Positions 1 through 7,455 of a stretch of DNA of 11,876 nt are shown one piece after another. Every line of letters starts with the position of its first letter. Position 1 is the stretch's first letter. Source of the stretch: a bacterium (GTDB lineage Bacteria; Electryoneota; AABM5-125-24; Hatepunaeales; Hatepunaeaceae); contig JALGVR010000088.1 of assembly GCA_025774605.1 (NCBI GenBank), positions 1 to 11,876 on the forward strand, written 5' to 3'. The notes beneath the pieces are model-generated. The model worked only from the letters and a program-made list of their open reading frames with translations, had not been told where the DNA came from and made no database searches. Both the position numbers and the translations under genes were made by a program.

Positions 1-20
1 ACTACATTAAGGAGACCGAT

Positions 21-818
21 ATGTCAATGCCAATTATTTTCATAGTCGTTGTCGGCTTGTTCATTCTTGCCAGCGCGATCCGCGTCTTGAACGAGTACGA
101 GCGCGGCGTGATCTTCCGACTGGGCCGACTGATCGGCGACAAGGGCCCCGGATTGATCATCCTGATTCCGATCATCGACAAGATGATTAAAATCAGCTTG
201 CGACTTGAAACACGCGATGTGCCGCCACAGGACGTCATCACCAAGGATAACGTCTCTGTCCAGGTGAATGCGGTTATCTATTTCCGGGTGATGGAACCGT
301 CGAAGGCTGTCGTTGTGGTGCAGAACTATATTTTCGCCACGCTTCAGTTCGCCCAGACAACTCTGCGGAGTGTTCTGGGGCAGGTTGAACTGGATGATCT
401 TCTCTCCTCGCGGGATAAGATCAACCGCGAGCTTCAGGAAATCATCGACCGCCATACCGATCCGTGGGGCATCAAAGTATCGAACGTCGAGATCAAGCAT
501 ATTGATCTGCCGAAGGAGATGCAGCGCGCCTGGGCGAAGCAGTCCGAAGCCGAACGCGAACGCCGCGCCAAGATCACCCATGCCGAGGGTGAGCACCAGG
601 CCTCGATCAAGTTGGCTCAGGCAGCCGCCGTTATCGCCAAAGATCCGATTGCCCTCCAGCTCCGCTATCTCCAGACGCTTAACGAGGTCGCCGCAGAGAA
701 CAACTCCACCGTGGTTTTCCCGATTCCGATTGATCTGTTCAAGCCGTTTTACAAGATGACCGAAGTATCGTCTGAGGCCGGCAAGAGTTCCGAGTTGGAA
801 ACGTCCGATCAGGTCTGA
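21..818 (+). CDS. SPFH/band-7 (stomatin-like, QmcA/YbbK-type) membrane protein
   Basis: ATG at 21 sits 6 nt after an AAGGAG ribosome-binding site (10-14). N-terminal transmembrane helix [16 protein letters not shown] is followed by an SPFH core ([11 protein letters not shown]...[20 protein letters not shown]...WGIKV) and a C-terminal coiled-coil that is rich in E, R, K and A. The length is 265 aa, typical of bacterial stomatin homologues. Confidence 0.9.
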   Translation: MSMPIIFIVVVGLFILASAIRVLNEYERGVIFRLGRLIGDKGPGLIILIPIIDKMIKISLRLETRDVPPQDVITKDNVSVQVNAVIYFRVMEPSKAVVVVQNYIFATLQFAQTTLRSVLGQVELDDLLSSRDKINRELQEIIDRHTDPWGIKVSNVEIKHIDLPKEMQRAWAKQSEAERERRAKITHAEGEHQASIKLAQAAAVIAKDPIALQLRYLQTLNEVAAENNSTVVFPIPIDLFKPFYKMTEVSSEAGKSSELETSDQV

Positions 819-828
819 TTTTACAGGA

Positions 829-870
829 TACCCCCCCTTTCATTTCTTCCCTGTAGAGTGGGGGAGGGGA
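829..870. repeat. C-run/G-run hairpin element (C7 ... CTGTAGAGT-GGGGGAGGGG), related to the array at 11629-11734
   Basis: A CCCCCCC run at 831-837 and CTGTAGAGTGGGGGAGGGGA at 851-870 share the CC-CTRYAGAGT-R-GGGG core with the three tandem units near the window end. It lies 11 bp after the SPFH gene stop. Confidence 0.5.
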
Positions 871-947
871 GAGCAATCTGTCCGAAAATACTGAACACCC
901 TGGATATCTTCAGTCCAACGGAAGCATGCCCTCGCGGACGCGGAGGC

Positions 948-993
948 TGGAATCCAGTGAAGTAGCTGATATTACGCGTGTTACTGGATTCCA
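948..993 (+). terminator. perfect 11-bp (extendable to 13) inverted repeat hairpin with a 20-24 nt loop; possible SPFH-gene terminator or other RNA structure
   Basis: TGGAATCCAGT at 948-958 pairs perfectly with ACTGGATTCCA at 983-993. It is followed by TCTTT. The loop contains the ACGCGT palindrome. The U-tail is weak, so the terminator call is tentative. Confidence 0.3.
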
Positions 994-995
994 TC

Positions 996-1098
996 TTTCG
1001 CTGGAATGATGAGGTTTGTTGCGTTTTTCTCATTCCCGGACACACTGTTTCGCTGGAATGATGAGGTTCTGTGTTTCTTAATTCTCAGACAGACTGAG
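996..1098. repeat. approximately 52-bp tandem duplication (2 copies) in the SPFH-rsuA-like spacer
   Basis: Unit A (996-1047) is TTTCGCTGGAATGATGAGGTTTGTTGCGTTTTTCTCATTCCCGGACACACTG. Unit B (1048-1098) is TTTCGCTGGAATGATGAGGTTCTGTGTTTCTTAATTCTCAGACAGACTGAG. The first 21 nt are identical and the remainder is diverged but alignable. Confidence 0.7.
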
Positions 1099-1145
1099 AT
1101 GATCATAACCTGTCACTCATGCTGAAGAAGGACGGAAATCACCAA

Positions 1146-1841
1146 ATGAGATTAGCCAAGTTTCTGTCATCGGCGGGCGTGGCATCCCGGCGCGCCGCAG
1201 AACAGCTTATACGCAACAGGCGGGTGACGGTCAACGGTGGTATCGTCACCGACCCGGCTCACAACGTTGTGGATCTTGACAGGATCGAGTTCGATGGTCG
1301 ATGGGTCGCAGCGGCGGCGGATCACGCGTTGGTCTATATAATGCTGCACAAACCGGTCGGTGTCGTCAGCACAATGGCGCCGGACAAGGAACAGGGGGAG
1401 TGCCTCGCCGACCTGGTCCAACTCGATGCCAGAGTATATCCCGTCGGCAGGCTCGACCGCGACAGCAGCGGACTTCTTATTCTCACCAACGACGGGAATC
1501 TTACGTATGAACTGACCCATCCGGGACGAAAAGTAAAGAAAGAATATATTGTCAAGCTGAATCGAACCTTGAGCAGGCAAGATTTCAGCCGAATATCAAG
1601 GGGCGTAAAGGTTGACGACAGGATTGTCGAGGTCGACTCCTTCACGCCTGCGAGAGGCGGCAGGTTGTCGCTTGTGATACACGAGGGGCGCAAGCACATC
1701 GTCAGGAGGTTATTTGAAGAGGTCGGTTACAGGGTGATCGATCTGAAACGTGTGGGGATCGGGCCGGTTCGACTGGGAAGGCTGCCGGTGGGGAAATGGC
1801 GTCACCTGTCGGATCGTGAGATAGCCGCATTAAAGGGATGA
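1146..1841 (+). CDS. RsuA/RluB-family rRNA pseudouridine synthase with N-terminal S4 domain
   Basis: N-terminus MRLAKFLSSAGVASRRAAEQLI..RRVTVNG is an S4 RNA-binding domain. The family catalytic motif GRLDRDSSGLLILTNDG is present. The six-frame ORF opens at 1119, but the ATG at 1146 follows an AAGGA ribosome-binding site and matches the usual MRL.KFL start of this family. Length is about 232 aa, which is RsuA-like. Confidence 0.85.
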   Translation: MRLAKFLSSAGVASRRAAEQLIRNRRVTVNGGIVTDPAHNVVDLDRIEFDGRWVAAAADHALVYIMLHKPVGVVSTMAPDKEQGECLADLVQLDARVYPVGRLDRDSSGLLILTNDGNLTYELTHPGRKVKKEYIVKLNRTLSRQDFSRISRGVKVDDRIVEVDSFTPARGGRLSLVIHEGRKHIVRRLFEEVGYRVIDLKRVGIGPVRLGRLPVGKWRHLSDREIAALKG

Positions 1842-1860
1842 GGAACCGAAGAGAGCGAAT

Positions 1861-2514
1861 TTGCAGGCTATAATCGACACCGTCATCAGCCTGGACGTCG
1901 TAATAATGCATTTCATGAATGGCGCCGTCCGCAACCCGGTCTTCAACTGGTTGATGCCCCTCTTTGACAACGACCACGCCTGGCTGCTGCCGATGATCGC
2001 CGCCTGGGTCGGGTTGATGATATTCGGCAATCGGAGATCGCGCTGGGTGGGGATCGGCGCACTGGCTATCGTGGCGTTGACCGATCCGCTGTCATCTCGG
2101 ATCATAAAGCCGCTCGCTTCGAGGATAAGGCCGTGCAACCTGCTGGAAGGTCTGAATGTGTGGACGAACGGCGCCTGGATCGTGCTGCCTGATCCGGTGA
2201 TCGAGATATATCGCGGTTCGTACTCCTTTCCGTCATCGCACGCGGTCAACACCGGTGCGCAGGCGTTGTGGTTCGGCCGGGCATACCCGCGTGCGAAATG
2301 GCTCTGGTATGGTTTGGCTGGTGTGATAGGTTTTTCGCGAGTTTACATCGGCGTTCACTGGCCAAGCGATGTGATCGCCGGCTGGATGGTCGGAGCGATG
2401 TGTTTCTGTGTGGTATGGTTGATCTGGGTCAGATTCGTTCCCGGTTTCCCAACCGGTGGTGGTTCGGGCGCGAGTATAAAACCGCCGGAGGACAACGTCG
2501 GCGGTAACGCCTGA
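1861..2514 (+). CDS. PAP2-superfamily phosphatase (PgpB/undecaprenyl-diphosphatase-like), polytopic membrane protein
   Basis: All three PAP2 motifs are present: KPLASRIRP (KxxxxxxRP), PSSH, and SRVYIGVHWPSDV (SRxxxxxHxxxD). There are several hydrophobic helices. The start is probably the TTG at 1861, which has a purine-rich GAAGAGAG stretch upstream. The gene lies only 19 bp after the pseudouridine synthase, so the two may form an operon. The start codon is uncertain; ATGs at 1906 and 1915 are alternatives. Confidence 0.75.
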   Translation: MQAIIDTVISLDVVIMHFMNGAVRNPVFNWLMPLFDNDHAWLLPMIAAWVGLMIFGNRRSRWVGIGALAIVALTDPLSSRIIKPLASRIRPCNLLEGLNVWTNGAWIVLPDPVIEIYRGSYSFPSSHAVNTGAQALWFGRAYPRAKWLWYGLAGVIGFSRVYIGVHWPSDVIAGWMVGAMCFCVVWLIWVRFVPGFPTGGGSGASIKPPEDNVGGNA

Positions 2515-2556
2515 GCCCCGCGCTCGTAGACAGATTTATCAAGCGGTCTCTTTCGC

Positions 2557-3033
2557 TTACCGCGTCGCCGGTCGCGGAAGATCCATGATCTGCTCAGTTG
2601 TCAAAGCCGCATCTTCAATCACTTCACACCTCCAGTTCACCCTGGTCGTTTCCTTCAACATCGCGGAGATCGAGCAGTAGGTGCTCATCGACAATCCAAC
2701 GGCGCGCTCCAGTTCTCGCAGGGTAATCCGCGGACCTCCGGCTCGATACACTATATTGATCTCCTCGAACATGCGCGGAAATTGATCCCGCTTGGTGCCG
2801 TCAACCTTGATCTCGAAGTAATCCAATTTTAACTTACGTTTATTCAGTATATTAACTACATCCATGCCGGTACAGCCGCCGACTGCCTGCAAGATCAGTT
2901 CCATCGGCGTTGTGCCGACGGTCGCCACGCCCGCCGGCGCGGAGTCCATGTCCGTGACGTGTCCCGTCTCGTCCTTTCCCTGGAAATGCATGCCGCTGAT
3001 ATAGGTAACGGTTCCGTGAAGCTCTGTTTTCAT
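2557..3033 (-). CDS. OsmC/Ohr-family (peroxiredoxin-like) protein
   Basis: A 158 aa minus-strand ORF. The central stretch PMELILQAVGGCTGMDVVNIL and the C-terminal stretch LSMSTYCSISAMLKETTRV match the two conserved Cys-containing regions of the OsmC fold. It converges on the PAP2 gene and diverges from tgt. Confidence 0.6.
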   Translation of the reverse strand: MKTELHGTVTYISGMHFQGKDETGHVTDMDSAPAGVATVGTTPMELILQAVGGCTGMDVVNILNKRKLKLDYFEIKVDGTKRDQFPRMFEEINIVYRAGGPRITLRELERAVGLSMSTYCSISAMLKETTRVNWRCEVIEDAALTTEQIMDLPRPATR

Positions 3034-3168
3034 CGTTGTATTGTGTTTGAAATATGGATAATTTGGGATATTATACGAGCGATAAGGCGATAATACAGGG
3101 ATTGCGGCTTCAATTTTTCGTTATTCGCAAGTTTCTTTGATTGGGGGTTCAAAGATGTTATCTTTTAA

Positions 3169-4317
<1,149 letters not shown>

Positions 4318-4395
4318 CAGGCGGGTTTATCCGGAGTAATTTATATAGTGGAGGAAGCGGTTCGAACGATGTTTAATGATCAGGAGAGATATCCG

Positions 4396-5952
4396 ATGAA
4401 CATGAGAAATTCGGTGGCAAGTGAATTCATCATCTGGTTTTTGCCGGCAACTCTGTTATTACTCGCGGCTTGCGACAGCCGGACTATCAGTACGCCGTCC
4501 GTCATGACTCCCGCGAACGTCATTATACAGATTAACAACAACGCCGAAGCGACCAGCGATACGAATCTTATCGTGAACCTGCAGGCGGACAACAGCGACC
4601 GGATGTTGATCGGGCTGGACTCATTGCTGCACGATGCCGTTTGGGAGGATTTCGACACGTTGAAGATACTGCATGCTCCCCGGCTGGAGGGTTCCGTGTT
4701 TGCCTATGGACGATTCGCCACTGCTGGCGGAGGAACCACCGGCGTCTTCTACGATGATATAGTTCTCGATTTCACGGCGCATATCAATTCCATAGAAGCG
4801 AATGCCGTATCAGACACATTGAACGCGGGTGAGACAATCGAATTCGTGATGGAGACCGGTGAAGAGGGTGAGGCGAGGGTATCCTTTTCCAGCATCAGGA
4901 TCAATTTTCCCCTGACGTCAATCGGTGAAGGGCTGTTCTCGGGGGTTTTGACCGTTCCCTCCGGTGTAAATGAGGATAATGTTGAAACCATCGGGAATTT
5001 CACGGACGCCTGTGGCAATGAAGCTGAGCCGGTCACAGCCCGAAGACGGTTCTCGGTTCGGGGGGATGAATTCAACCCGCAGATAATAACCCGCTTTCAA
5101 CTCGATAATGTTCTCGGTTCCGATATCTGGTATCATGTTGGAGCCTGTTTCGTCTGCGACACGCATGCAGTACAGATCATAAATGTTACCAATCCATTTG
5201 TGCCGTTCTGGATGAAGAATGTTCATTCGGGGTCGTGGAGCAAGGGGTTTGACGGCGATGATCTGCGGCTGTTTATACCTTACCGCTACGGTGTTTCGGT
5301 GATGTACATTCAGCCGCCGGACGACTCCTATATTGTGTCGCGCCTGTTGCTGAATGAGATCGCTTCAGATATTGTTGTGGGTGATCTGAATGCATACGTA
5401 GCCTGCAAATCATGCGGCTTGATCGTATTGGATATAATTGACCGCAACAAGCCGATATACTTGAGTCGTCTGACGCTGAATTCAGGGGGCGATCTGATAA
5501 GCCTGGAAGGTGATATCATATACATGCTTGGGGCTTCATACGGTTCGATAATCAACGTATCCGATCCGGAGCATCCTCAACTGATCGGCGAATTCGAGGT
5601 CTCTGGTGAGCCGTACGACATGCTGGTTCTTGATGGGTATCTTTATGTTGCTACGAGAGTAAAAGGTGTTTATGCTTTCGATGTGAGGGATCCCGCCGAT
5701 CCTGTTTTATTAGCGGAACGAACAAATCTGGCGCCGGCTTTTTCACTGGAAATCTCTCCACCGTTTCTCTATGTCGGTGGCGAGGAGGACATTATTATTG
5801 TGAATGCCACTCAGCCCCGGGAGCTCGGCGAAGTGGCGCGGGTAGAAGATGTCGGAACGGTTTATGGCATGTTCCTGGTCGATAATTATCTCTACACTTC
5901 GGGTCCATCGATGCTGACGATCATTGAACTGTTTTCGCGGGATCTGGAATGA
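4396..5952 (+). CDS. lipoprotein with C-terminal LVIVD-repeat beta-propeller
   Basis: An AGGAGA ribosome-binding site lies 8 nt before the ATG at 4396; the ORF track extends it to 4348. The N-terminus MNMRNSVASEFIIWFLPATLLLLAAC is a signal peptide with a lipobox (LAAC). The C-terminal half holds at least five repeats of the LVIVD type, for example DIVVGDLNAYVACKSCGLIVLDIIDRNKP and MLVLDGYLYVATRVKGVYAFDVRDPADP. The N-terminal roughly 250 aa has no motif I recognise. Confidence 0.7.
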   Translation: MNMRNSVASEFIIWFLPATLLLLAACDSRTISTPSVMTPANVIIQINNNAEATSDTNLIVNLQADNSDRMLIGLDSLLHDAVWEDFDTLKILHAPRLEGSVFAYGRFATAGGGTTGVFYDDIVLDFTAHINSIEANAVSDTLNAGETIEFVMETGEEGEARVSFSSIRINFPLTSIGEGLFSGVLTVPSGVNEDNVETIGNFTDACGNEAEPVTARRRFSVRGDEFNPQIITRFQLDNVLGSDIWYHVGACFVCDTHAVQIINVTNPFVPFWMKNVHSGSWSKGFDGDDLRLFIPYRYGVSVMYIQPPDDSYIVSRLLLNEIASDIVVGDLNAYVACKSCGLIVLDIIDRNKPIYLSRLTLNSGGDLISLEGDIIYMLGASYGSIINVSDPEHPQLIGEFEVSGEPYDMLVLDGYLYVATRVKGVYAFDVRDPADPVLLAERTNLAPAFSLEISPPFLYVGGEEDIIIVNATQPRELGEVARVEDVGTVYGMFLVDNYLYTSGPSMLTIIELFSRDLE

Positions 5953-5971
5953 CCGGGTTCCTTGAAGAGGT

Positions 5972-6026
5972 CAACGGCGCGTCATCCCCGCGTTTCCAAC
6001 GGCGCGTCATCCCCGCGCACGCGGGG
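5972..6026. repeat. 25-bp direct tandem repeat (2 copies) ending in a GC palindrome, in the 5' region of alr
   Basis: CAACGGCGCGTCATCCCCGCG occurs at 5972-5992 and again at 5997-6017. The second copy runs into CCCCGCGCACGCGGGG (6011-6026), a 6-7 bp GC hairpin that overlaps an alternative GCGCG/CGCGC hairpin (6002-6018). Confidence 0.7.
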
Positions 6027-6119
6027 AACCAGGGTATAGGGTAATAAGACCCGTCTTTCCGGATAAAACTTCGGACATGTGTCTGCTATGAACCGCCCTT
6101 AGTAATAACAGGTCAATCT

Positions 6120-7241
6120 TTGAAGACTGAATCCAACCGTCCCACCCGCGCTGAGATATCACTGTCAGCGCTCAGGCATAACTTCGCCGTCGCCCGGGAG
6201 CTTGCCGCCGGAGCGGCCGTCATGGCCGTCGTCAAGGCGGAAGCGTACGGTCACGGTTTGACCCGCGCCTCGCAGCTGTTTGCCGACTGTGGTGCCGACT
6301 ATCTCGGAGTCAGTTTCCTCGAAGAGGGCGTCATTCTGCGCCAAGCCGGAATAAAAACGCCGATCCTGGTGATGGGCGGTCTCGTCGACGAACAGATCGA
6401 ACGCTATATCGATTATAACCTCGAACCGACCGTATCTTCCGTCTGGAAGGCGCGTCATGTGAACGCCGCCGCGGAGAAACGCGGCATCAAGGCCGCGGTA
6501 CAGCTAAAGATCGACACCGGGATGGGCAGGGTCGGACAGCAATGGAGCTCCTCGGATAGACTGTTTTCGGAAATTGCAGGACTGAAAAACATCGACGTCA
6601 GGGGCGTCTATACCCATCTTGCCACCGCCGACGGCGAAAACCCCGAATTCGCCGCCACCCAGTTGACCCGTTTCGCTGAAGTTGTCAAGCAAGCGAGGTC
6701 GTTTGGAATTGATCCTCCCCATATTCACTCGGTCGGATCCGGTGGTCTGATCCCTCCCGGCACAAGAGGCGAACATACCATGGTCAGACCGGGTCTGATG
6801 CTCTATGGCTATTCACCGAATCCCGACCTGCAGGAGAGCCTTGATCTTCGTCCGGCGATGACCTTGAAAACACGCGTCGTCTACGTGAAATATCCTCCCG
6901 CGGGGACGACCGTCGGCTACGGCGCCACCTGGAGGTCACCCGGGAAGCGGTGGATAGCCACGCTGCCGATCGGTTACGGCGACGGTTACCCGCGACGCCT
7001 TGGCAACCGCGGCTGGGTGATGTTGCGCGGGCGACGCTGCCCGGTTGTCGGACGCGTTTCCATGGATCAGATCACGGTCGATGCGGGTCCGGAGGCGTAC
7101 CTGGATGATGAAGCGGTCCTGTTCGGAGGCGGCGCTGGCAACCGGCTCCCACTCTGGGAACTATGCCGGTCAATCGACGCCATTCCCTATGAGCTGCTCT
7201 GCGGCTTGACCGCAAGGGTGCCGCGAGTGTATATTGAATAG
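6120..7241 (+). CDS. alr: alanine racemase
   Basis: The PLP-lysine motif AVVKAEAYGHG is near the N-terminus, followed by ISLSALRHN. The 373 aa length and conserved C-terminal region (GRVSMDQITVD, YELLCGLTARVPRVY) fit. The only start after the upstream in-frame stop is the TTG at 6120; there is no in-frame ATG before the catalytic Lys motif. Confidence 0.9.
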   Translation: MKTESNRPTRAEISLSALRHNFAVARELAAGAAVMAVVKAEAYGHGLTRASQLFADCGADYLGVSFLEEGVILRQAGIKTPILVMGGLVDEQIERYIDYNLEPTVSSVWKARHVNAAAEKRGIKAAVQLKIDTGMGRVGQQWSSSDRLFSEIAGLKNIDVRGVYTHLATADGENPEFAATQLTRFAEVVKQARSFGIDPPHIHSVGSGGLIPPGTRGEHTMVRPGLMLYGYSPNPDLQESLDLRPAMTLKTRVVYVKYPPAGTTVGYGATWRSPGKRWIATLPIGYGDGYPRRLGNRGWVMLRGRRCPVVGRVSMDQITVDAGPEAYLDDEAVLFGGGAGNRLPLWELCRSIDAIPYELLCGLTARVPRVYIE

Positions 7242-7261
7242 TTGCCATTATCCGGCGATAC

Positions 7262-7329
7262 CTGCCGGCGGTCACTATGACAGTTACCGGCGGTCATTCT
7301 GATAATTACCGGAGGGTCATTCTGAACGA
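7262..7329. promoter_or_regulatory. three imperfect 20-25 bp direct repeats (core ACCGG[C/A]GGGTCA[T/C]T[C/A]TGA) upstream of the M14 peptidase gene
   Basis: R1 is at 7262-7281 (ccggcggtcactatgaca), R2 at 7283-7304 (ttaccggcggtcattctgataa) and R3 at 7305-7329 (ttaccggagggtcattctgaacgaa). The period is about 22 bp, roughly two helical turns. They sit 130-190 bp upstream of the ATG at 7456. Confidence 0.5.
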
Positions 7330-7394
7330 AGTGAAGAATCTCGCTTGTCGGGCTTGAGACCCTTCACTGCGTTCAGGGTGACGATCCAGAATGA
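7315..7394. repeat. long imperfect inverted repeat (about 21 bp stem with one mismatch, a 13-nt bulge and a 25-nt apical loop) overlapping direct repeat R3
   Basis: 7315-7321 pairs with 7388-7394 (GTCATTC/GAATGAC). 7322-7335 pairs with 7361-7374 with 13 of 14 matches. A 13-nt asymmetric bulge lies at 7375-7387. The GTCATTCTG core therefore occurs twice in direct and once in inverted orientation. Confidence 0.5.
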
Positions 7395-7455
7395 CGAAAT
7401 AAGCGCCATAGCCTGATATTCAATGTTCAAAATATCCTGAAAAACGGAAATCTTC

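Noticed and set aside
24-596. 190-aa minus-strand ORF antisense to the SPFH gene, plus other long antisense or out-of-frame ORFs (313-759, 1167-1580, 1334-1699, 3205-3588, 7481-7957, 7507-8160, 9052-9501, 10166-10543, 10899-11258)
   Set aside because: All lie entirely inside well-supported genes on the other strand or in another frame. They have no recognisable motifs and a skewed Arg/Pro/Ser composition, as expected for spurious ORFs in GC-rich DNA.
1001-1098. UGAUGA / CUGA strings resembling archaeal C/D-box sRNA boxes, and a UGAUGAG string resembling the hammerhead ribozyme core
   Set aside because: All genes here are clearly bacterial. There is no paired CGAAAC / GUC hammerhead element on either strand and no proper C'/D' pair or terminal stem. 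These are coincidental short matches.
1006-1125. 39-aa ORF (MMRFVAFFSFPDTLFRWNDEVLCFLILRQTEMIITCHSC) spanning the 52-bp tandem repeat
   Set aside because: The two repeat copies are read in different frames because the 52-bp period is not a multiple of 3. There is no ribosome-binding site and the composition is random-looking. This is most likely non-coding.
2539-2558. 5-bp hairpin AAGCG-N8-CGCTT between the convergent PAP2 and OsmC genes as a bidirectional terminator
   Set aside because: The stem is only 5 bp, there is no U-tract on either strand, and it overlaps the OsmC stop codon. This is too weak to call.
4340-4375. GGTTCGAAC at about 4355-4365 resembling a tRNA T-loop (GGTTCGAATCC)
   Set aside because: No complementary T-stem, acceptor stem or anticodon arm can be built in the 78-bp spacer. 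The string overlaps the lipoprotein ribosome-binding-site region.
7276-7356. 26-aa ORF (MTVTGGHSDNYRRVILNEVKNLACRA) across the 22-bp direct repeats
   Set aside because: The repeats fall in different reading frames and there is no ribosome-binding site. The repeat is a nucleic-acid-level feature, not a peptide repeat.
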